Shown here: in pieces, positions 57,751 through 64,000 of the stretch | Layout of the letters: each line of letters opens with the position of its first letter | How positions within the stretch are numbered: position 1 is the stretch's first letter | NCBI GenBank assembly: GCA_038063895.1 | Contig: JBBTUG010000006.1 | Span: 6,701-70,700, forward strand | Direction of reading: 5' to 3' | DNA from: Patescibacteria group bacterium | GTDB taxonomy: Bacteria > Patescibacteriota > WWE3 > JAMCXX01 > JBBTUG01 | Length of the DNA stretch: 64,000 bases | Notes under the pieces: model-generated | What the model was told of the DNA's origin: nothing | The model's database searches: none | What the model saw: the letters and a program-made list of their open reading frames with translations, nothing else | Program-made: the position numbers and the translations under genes

Positions 57751-58250
57751 GTCAAAATTCAAAAATGTCTCCTGTCATCCTGAGGAGTCAACGACGAAGG
57801 ATCTCTGACCTTGTGTCAGGCTTTCAACTGATTCCAATCTCAATAAAATCCGGGTTAGTTTCTTGAATTAGTCTCATCTTTTTTTGTCTGGTCCATCCTT
57901 TTAGTTCTTTCTCTCGCGCTATGGCTTCAAGCGGGTTGTTGTAATTTTCAACGTATATCAGTTTGTTAATGTTGTATCTCTTTGTAAATCCATCAACCTT
58001 TTTATTTTTGTGCTCCCAAATTCTTCGGCTAAGATTACTTGTTATTCCGATGTAAAGTGTTGCGGATAGGTTGGTGAGGATATAGACATAGAACGTTTTG
58101 TCCATTTAGTTAAGTTTAAGCACTAGGACGCCCATTCGGGCGAGATCCTTCCCTTCCTTCGGCCCTTGGCGAAGTCCGGTCAGGATGACTTAAAGTCACT
58201 TTTTAATTTTGAATTGAACTTTTGAATTTTGACTTTTGACTTTTGAATTA
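57751..58250. mobile_element. GIY-YIG gene bracketed by inverted REP-like ends and inverted heptamer arrays
   Basis: GTCATCCTGA..GAAGGATCTC (57774-57805) and its inverse (58142-58189); TCAAAA(T/G) units on the left, TTTTGA(A/C) units on the right. Confidence 0.6.
57824..58105 (-). CDS. Small GIY-YIG nuclease
   Basis: 'FYVYILTN...LYIGIT.NL.RR..EH', 'AI.REK.LK.W.R.KK'. Confidence 0.92.
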   Translation of the reverse strand: MDKTFYVYILTNLSATLYIGITSNLSRRIWEHKNKKVDGFTKRYNINKLIYVENYNNPLEAIAREKELKGWTRQKKMRLIQETNPDFIEIGIS

Positions 58251-58253
58251 GTC

Positions 58254-59012
58254 TTAAAATGTGCGACTGAAGTACACCGTCCGATACACGTCCGTCTTAT
58301 TGCCGGCGATGTCTTCCGCCTCAATGGTTAACTTATTTTCCCCGTCCTTCAGCGAGTAAAGAATCTTAAAGTTGCCCAGCTCGTCCACCACCGCCTGCAA
58401 CTCGTTAACCCGGATCGTCGTATTCGGATCGGTCTTGCCGGCGACCTTGATCTCGCTTTCTTTCTGGTTAAAGGTTGCCCGGTCGGCGGGTTCCAGCAGG
58501 CTTAAAACCGGGGCCTTCTTCTTGTAAATCACCGTGACTACCCGGGACGGCCTACTCTCCGCCCCGCCTTCAATGGAGGCTTTGACGTAAAACTTATTTT
58601 CCCCGTCGGAAAGCGAAATGCTTTCGAAGGAGAAAGTGCCCTCCTTATCAACAACTCGCTTTTCCAATTGTAGGTCATTCACGAAAAGAGTGACGGTCAC
58701 ACCCGGATCGGCGTAACCGGAAATATTTATCGATTCGGCTTTGGTGGCCGTCGGGAGGCTGGTTAGGCGGGGCGAGGCCGGGGTTATTATTCTACTGCGA
58801 GCCGGTGTTGAGGCGTTGCCGGAGAAGCTGATGGTTTTCCAAAAAGTGTCGATGTTGGAGATTATGGCGAGGCCCCAAAAATACATAGCGGCTAAAACGG
58901 CCAGAACAATTAGGAAGCGGAGGCCGATTTTCCGGAACAGCTCCATTTCGGTCGAGATTTCTTTCTTGGCCGGACTGCTGGGGCGATGGAGGTGATAATT
59001 TCCCGCTTTCAT
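58254..59012 (-). CDS. Membrane-anchored protein with two Ig-like domains
   Basis: TM; 'G.F....L.DGEN' twice; 'AED.AGN'. Confidence 0.8.
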   Translation of the reverse strand: MKAGNYHLHRPSSPAKKEISTEMELFRKIGLRFLIVLAVLAAMYFWGLAIISNIDTFWKTISFSGNASTPARSRIITPASPRLTSLPTATKAESINISGYADPGVTVTLFVNDLQLEKRVVDKEGTFSFESISLSDGENKFYVKASIEGGAESRPSRVVTVIYKKKAPVLSLLEPADRATFNQKESEIKVAGKTDPNTTIRVNELQAVVDELGNFKILYSLKDGENKLTIEAEDIAGNKTDVYRTVYFSRTF

Positions 59013-59090
59013 TTACACTCTAACTCTACCAAACTCCTCCCCCAACTTCCACAACTTGACATTTATGGCTTAATTCAGTAACATGACAAT

Positions 59091-59690
59091 ATGGTCAAAT
59101 TAGTGAATCAGACAATATTTACTGCTCTATTAAAGGAGAAACAGCTCCTAACCTTTACGGCGGCGGACATCTGCGCTCTTTTCGGAGTCAGCGCGGTGGC
59201 AACAGCAGGGTTACTCAACCGCTACACAAAAAGAGGACTTATTCTCCGGATAAAACGGGGGTTTTACGTGTTGGCCGAGGCTTTACCGCCCGATGTTTAC
59301 CTCGCAAATAAAATTTACAGCCCTTCATATATCTCGCTCGAATTTGCATTGTCGTATCACGGGGTTATTCCCGAGACCGTTTACGAAATTACTTCGGTTA
59401 CGACGAAGGCCACCCGTCGGCTGGAAACCCTGGGAAAGGTATTTTCTTATCGGAGAATTAAGAAGTCTGCGTATACCGGGTATGGGACCGAGAAACAAGG
59501 TACAGCCAGTTTTTTTATCGCCGACGCCGAGAAAGCTTTCGTGGATACAAATTACTTCCGGATAATAAACGCGCAGGAACCCTTATCCCGGTTTCATAAG
59601 GATAAAATCAACCCCGAAAAAGCCTTATACTACGCAAAACTGTTTAATAACCTGAAATTGACCAGCATTATTAAAACAACCCTTCAATGA
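59091..59690 (+). CDS. Type IV TA antitoxin, AbiEi-like
   Basis: wHTH 'RIKRG.Y', 'PSYISLE.ALSYHG.IPE', 'EKA..D'. Confidence 0.87.
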   Translation: MVKLVNQTIFTALLKEKQLLTFTAADICALFGVSAVATAGLLNRYTKRGLILRIKRGFYVLAEALPPDVYLANKIYSPSYISLEFALSYHGVIPETVYEITSVTTKATRRLETLGKVFSYRRIKKSAYTGYGTEKQGTASFFIADAEKAFVDTNYFRIINAQEPLSRFHKDKINPEKALYYAKLFNNLKLTSIIKTTLQ

Positions 59691-60451
59691 TTAATATTGA
59701 AACACTTGAAAAATTAGCGCGGCAGACTCAGACTAGTGTGTTTCCGAACGTTGTTCGTGAGTATTTTCAGCACGTATTTTTGGCCGAGCTTTACAGGTTA
59801 CCGGAGGCGGGGCGAATCCTTTTTAAAGGTGGTACGGCGCTTCGCGTGGTTTATAACAGTCCGCGTTTTTCGGAGGATTTGGATTTTTCCCTTTTTAGTA
59901 CTCCTTTAAAAAAGGTTACCTCTTTCGTTGAGGACTTATTTGTCCAAGTATTAACTGAGATGGAAAATGCCGGAATAAGGGTTGAACTCGGCGATAAACT
60001 CGGATCGACCAGTGGGGGATATTTTGGTCTGGCCACTTTCCGTATGTTTGAATACCCATTGATCAGTGTGGAATTGAATGTATCGGCGCGAAATATCAGG
60101 GACGTAATTGGGGAAATTGACAGCGTAGCGAACAACTTTGTACCCACCTATACAATTATGCATCTGCCGCAAAAAGAGATCGTTGAAGAAAAAGTTTTTG
60201 GGGCGCTTCGGGATCGTAAAAAACCCCGGGATTTCTACGATTTATATTTTATTATGCGCAGTAACCTTCTTTCCCACGACCAAAAAAAACGATTATCCGG
60301 ACTAAAAGAGCAGATAGTTAGGGATGCAAAAGCTATTAATTTTCGCACCGAGCTTGGGGTATTTTTACCGGCGGATCAGCAGGCGATTATCCGTGATTTT
60401 CCCGCAACACTTGCGCGCGAGCTCAATCGACAGTTAAGCACTTTGAGTTGA
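59687..60451 (+). CDS. AbiEii-family nucleotidyltransferase toxin
   Basis: 'FKGGTALR..Y...RFSEDLDF', 'EK', 'RDFYD'. Confidence 0.92.
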   Translation: MINIETLEKLARQTQTSVFPNVVREYFQHVFLAELYRLPEAGRILFKGGTALRVVYNSPRFSEDLDFSLFSTPLKKVTSFVEDLFVQVLTEMENAGIRVELGDKLGSTSGGYFGLATFRMFEYPLISVELNVSARNIRDVIGEIDSVANNFVPTYTIMHLPQKEIVEEKVFGALRDRKKPRDFYDLYFIMRSNLLSHDQKKRLSGLKEQIVRDAKAINFRTELGVFLPADQQAIIRDFPATLARELNRQLSTLS

Positions 60452-60467
60452 TAATGGCTGTAAATTA

Positions 60468-60502
60468 TTGACAATATATAATAAGTACGTTATAATGTAC
60501 GT
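60468..60502 (+). promoter_or_regulatory. TA promoter with GTACGT operator repeats
   Basis: TTGACA-N17-TATAAT; GTACGT on both sides of the -10; ATG begins 7 nt after the -10. Confidence 0.8.
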
Positions 60503-60865
60503 ATGGATACTAAAACCACCCTCTCGATCTCCCAAGCCCGCAAAGTCATTTTTTCAATCGCCGAAAAAGTCCAAAGGCCTGGCGCTTACTACACTCTGAC
60601 TGAAAAAGGCCGACCGAAGGCTGTCGTTATGTCGGCGCAGGAATTCGAAAATTGGCAAGAGACTCTAGAGGTAATGCAGGAATTTCCGGATTTAAAAAAG
60701 GATATTGTCGAAACGGAATCGGCTGTTAAAAGCGGTGAATACAAAAGCTGGACGACTTTGACGACCCTTTTGGGCCGGGAAGGCTTCGTTGTCGCCGAGA
60801 ATACTCCGAAAAGGTATGCAGTTCCAACTACGACTAAAACCAAGCGCGCAAAAAGAGTTAGATAA
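60503..60865 (+). CDS. Phd/YefM antitoxin
   Basis: 'SISQAR', 'LT.KGRPKAVVMS..EFE...ETLE'. Confidence 0.9.
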   Translation: MDTKTTLSISQARKVIFSIAEKVQRPGAYYTLTEKGRPKAVVMSAQEFENWQETLEVMQEFPDLKKDIVETESAVKSGEYKSWTTLTTLLGREGFVVAENTPKRYAVPTTTKTKRAKRVR

Positions 60866-61067
60866 ACTGGAGAAAACAGCCCGTTATAAGGTTCTGGCGG
60901 CTTTTTCGGAAATCGCTAAGGACCCTTTTGTCGGGAAGAAATTGGAAGGGGAGTTTCGCGGCTGCTACTCTTACCGGGTTTGGCCTTTTAGGATTATTTA
61001 CCTCATCTACAAAAAAGAGCTCCTCGTTCTCGTTATCCGCATCGGTCACCGCCAAGGCGTTTATTGA
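60816..61067 (+). CDS. RelE/ParE toxin
   Basis: 'A.KEL.KL', 'P..GKKL.G', 'YRV..FRIIY', 'IGHRQ.VY'. Confidence 0.9.
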   Translation: MQFQLRLKPSAQKELDKLEKTARYKVLAAFSEIAKDPFVGKKLEGEFRGCYSYRVWPFRIIYLIYKKELLVLVIRIGHRQGVY

Positions 61068-61107
61068 TATATTTTCAGGTCATGCGGTAATATTTAAGAA
61101 CGGAGGT

Positions 61108-61911
61108 ATGACGGAGAACATCTTTGAGAAAATCAAGAATATTAATGAATACGGGCAGGAATTTTGGAGCGCCCGTGATTTGTATAAATTACTTGGTTAC
61201 ACCGAATACGGGAAGTTTCTTCCGGCTATAGAGCGGGCAAAGGAAGCCTGCAAAAACAGTGGGCAGGGTGTAGAGGTGCATTTCGCTCACCTGAGCGATA
61301 TGGTTCCCATTGGCTCCGGAGCCGAAAGGTCTGTTGAAAATTTCTCTCTTTCCCGCTATGCCTGTTACCTTATCGCCCAAAACGGTGATCCGCGGAAAGA
61401 AGAGATTGCCAGGGCGCAGACTTATTTTGCGATCCAAACTAGGCGCCAGGAGGTGCAGGAACTGCAAATTGAGGACAGCAAACGCGTATTTCTGCGGGAT
61501 GAGATGAAGGAACACAATAAGGAATTGGCCCAGGCGGCCAAATCCGCTGGTGTTATTAACCATGCCAATTTTCAGGACTTCGGATACATGGGACTTTACG
61601 GGGGTTTAAGGCAAAAAGACATTCATTCCAAGAAGAAACTTAATAAAACTGATGCAATTTTAGACCATATGGGAAGTGAAGAACTCGCGGCTAATCTATT
61701 CCGGGCCACGCAAGCCGCGGCTAAACTTAAGCGGGAAAATATTTTCGGCCAGAGAAATGCCAGCCTGGCCCACTTTAATGTTGGGAAGAAGGTCCGTCAG
61801 ACAATTAGAGAATTGGGCGGCACGATGCCGGAGCATTTACCAACCCCGGAAAACGTAAAAGAATCTAGAAAGCGCCTTAAAAAATCCCCAGGAAAGTTAT
61901 TGTCAACTTAG
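61108..61911 (+). CDS. dinD: DNA damage-inducible protein D family
   Basis: 'EFWSAR.L', 'LSRYACYLIAQNGDPRK', 'AQTYFAIQTR', 'LDHMGS.ELAANLFRATQ', 'GGTMPE.LP'. Confidence 0.9.
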   Translation: MTENIFEKIKNINEYGQEFWSARDLYKLLGYTEYGKFLPAIERAKEACKNSGQGVEVHFAHLSDMVPIGSGAERSVENFSLSRYACYLIAQNGDPRKEEIARAQTYFAIQTRRQEVQELQIEDSKRVFLRDEMKEHNKELAQAAKSAGVINHANFQDFGYMGLYGGLRQKDIHSKKKLNKTDAILDHMGSEELAANLFRATQAAAKLKRENIFGQRNASLAHFNVGKKVRQTIRELGGTMPEHLPTPENVKESRKRLKKSPGKLLST

Positions 61912-61946
61912 TTAATCTCCCAGCCAATTACCCTAGCAAAGAAACA

Positions 61947-61999
61947 ACCTGCCTCGCTGGTCATCGACTCTGAGGCTCAGACTCGAAGAGCAGGCGGGT
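61947..61999. repeat. Nested palindromic element
   Basis: ACCTGCCT...AGGCGGGT enclosing TCGACTCTGAG-G-CTCAGACTCGA. Confidence 0.6.
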
Positions 62000-62115
62000 G
62001 AAGCAATTCTGCAACCCAACTCGAAATATGAGGGGGAAAGGGGTAGAATTATAATAGGCTTAGGAATTCAAAATCATTTTCAAATGAGGTTGGTATTGTT
62101 AGCATGGTCAACTAT

Positions 62116-64000
62116 ATGAATACAATATTTGAACAACTTACAGATTTATTAAAAAAAGACGAGCGCCTTGTTTCGCAAGACGACGTATTGTTGAAAAATC
62201 AAACACAGGAATTGGCGCGCAAGAATGATCCGGCGCTCTTAAAACTTTTACTTTCCGACAAAACGATAAAACAGCACTTCCTTTTTGAGGTAGAAAAAAC
62301 GCTGATTTTTGATAAAGAAAAGTTTGTCCGCTTTATCTCCAACAAACAATTTTTGCCGGATTCTTATACTGCTTTCAAAAACAAAATTGGTTTAACTGCT
62401 GGTGATGAGTATGTGAGCGAAAACAAAGAAGTGGTTTTGGTATGGCCTTACAAAGACTGTGTTTTGGAAGGCGGAATGACAAAAGAAGATCAAAAAAGAG
62501 ATGAGATTTTTTATAACGAAACATTAGCGCCGGACGACATCAATCGCTTGCTTGACGCCAAAGTTTTTACCAATTTTAAGCGGTTAGACAAAAAAGGCGA
62601 ACACAAGCTGGACGGTTTCAAGCGCGATGAAAAAGGCACGATTAAAGATAATTTGATTATTAAAGGCAATAACCTACTCGCGCTCGCTTCGCTCAAAAAA
62701 GAATTCGCCGGAAAAGTTAAACTGATTTATATTGATCCGCCGTATTATTTTTCTGAAAAGAAAGATGGAGATACCTTTGCGTATAATTCAAATTTCATAC
62801 TTTCTACCTGGCTAGTTTTTATGAAAAATCGGTTAGAAATTGCCAAAAAACTTCTAGACAAGGAAGGTTCAATATTCGTGCAGATCTCTGATGATGGGGC
62901 TTCTTATTTAAAATTACTAATGGATCAGGTTTTTGGCGTAGAAAATTTTGTAAATGTTATTAGTGTCAGAATGAAAAATATTGCTGGCGCGAGTGGTGGT
63001 GGTGAAGATAAAAAATTAAAGAAAAACATTGAGTTTATATATATTTATTCTTGCAATGAATCTTATTTCAAACCTTTTAATAATATTTACGATTACAAAG
63101 AATTATATGAAGTGGTACAAGAATACAAAGAAAATGAAGTGAGTTGGAAGTACACCTCTGTTTTGTATGACGAGGGTTCAAAGAAATATATAGCACTAGC
63201 AAAAGATGGCGATGGGAATGATATTAAGATATATAAAAGAGTAAATCCTATTTTTAAATCAGTAAATCAAATATCAAAAGAAGAGAAAATATCAGAAAAG
63301 GATGCATATTATAAGTATTCGGATAAAATATATACAACAGCAATGCCGCAGAGTTCTATTAGATTAAGAGTCATGGATGTTCTAGGAGAAAGGGTTAATG
63401 ATGCTGATTTATTTTCAATTGAATATGTCCCGAGGAGTGGAAGAAATAAAGGTAGACCTTACGAACAATTTTATAAAGGTGAAAAACTCAGACTTTTTTC
63501 TTGGCTACGAGATGTTTCTGTGAAAAAAGATGGATTAATTCTTAAAAAAGAATTACAGGGTACATATTGGGACGGATTTAATTTAAACAATCTATCAAAA
63601 GAAGGGAGAGTCCAATTAGAGAATGGGAAAAAACCAGAAGCTTTGCTCCGGAGAATAATTGATATGGCGACAGAAGAAGGCGAAACTGTTTTGGATTACC
63701 ATATTGGTTCGGGGACAACTTGTGCTGTGGCGCACAAAATGGGAAGAAAATACATTGGAATGGAGCAAATTGACGATCAAATGAATAAATCCATAGAAAG
63801 ACTTCATAATGTAATAAACGGAGATGATAGTGGTATATCAAAATCAGTGGATTGGAAGGGAGGAGGAGATTTTGTATATATGGAACTTGCCAAGTGGAAT
63901 GAAGAGTGGATTGAAAAAATTGAAAAAGCTAAGACCGGAAAAGAACTTGCCAAACTTTGGGATGAGATGAAAGAAACCGCCTTTTTAAGCTACAAAGTAG
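62116..64000 (+). CDS. Type III R-M DNA adenine methyltransferase (Mod), 3'-partial; absent from the ORF track
   Basis: Manual translation: 'FLPDSYTAFKNKIGL', 'WPYKDCVLEGG', 'IKGNNL', 'IYIDPPY', 'KPE.LL', 'VLDYHIGSGTT', 'WKGGG.F'. Confidence 0.9.
   Translation, partial: MNTIFEQLTDLLKKDERLVSQDDVLLKNQTQELARKNDPALLKLLLSDKTIKQHFLFEVEKTLIFDKEKFVRFISNKQFLPDSYTAFKNKIGLTAGDEYVSENKEVVLVWPYKDCVLEGGMTKEDQKRDEIFYNETLAPDDINRLLDAKVFTNFKRLDKKGEHKLDGFKRDEKGTIKDNLIIKGNNLLALASLKKEFAGKVKLIYIDPPYYFSEKKDGDTFAYNSNFILSTWLVFMKNRLEIAKKLLDKEGSIFVQISDDGASYLKLLMDQVFGVENFVNVISVRMKNIAGASGGGEDKKLKKNIEFIYIYSCNESYFKPFNNIYDYKELYEVVQEYKENEVSWKYTSVLYDEGSKKYIALAKDGDGNDIKIYKRVNPIFKSVNQISKEEKISEKDAYYKYSDKIYTTAMPQSSIRLRVMDVLGERVNDADLFSIEYVPRSGRNKGRPYEQFYKGEKLRLFSWLRDVSVKKDGLILKKELQGTYWDGFNLNNLSKEGRVQLENGKKPEALLRRIIDMATEEGETVLDYHIGSGTTCAVAHKMGRKYIGMEQIDDQMNKSIERLHNVINGDDSGISKSVDWKGGGDFVYMELAKWNEEWIEKIEKAKTGKELAKLWDEMKETAFLSYKV

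Overview
Gene-dense bacterial chromosome segment using the standard genetic code. Gene content and style suggest Patescibacteria/CPR, Microgenomates- or WWE3-like (inference from DUF4012, DUF2079, PaaX-like solos, alpha2 GlyRS and IleRS type 2). Layout: surface-glycan locus (1-10.8 kb); recO and glyS; a large, interrupted dcw/peptidoglycan cluster (mraZ to ftsZ, 14.2-44.5 kb); ileS, rodA, rplU, rpmA; a solo Cas4-like nuclease, lepB and tRNA-Val; a second glycan locus; a repeat-flanked GIY-YIG gene; and a TA/type III R-M defence island running off the right end. Most notable non-ORF signals: (1) a minimal glycine T-box riboswitch with an ultrashort Stem I and no Stem II; (2) two PaaX/Cas2-fold genes, each bracketed by its own pair of ~40-44 bp tripartite dyad sites, plus an orphan site of the same geometry; (3) several palindromic and short tandem repeat families inserted in-frame in core genes; (4) a split between leaderless-looking core genes and orphan genes with strong SD sequences and consensus promoters. 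All calls come from reading the sequence by eye; no searches were run.
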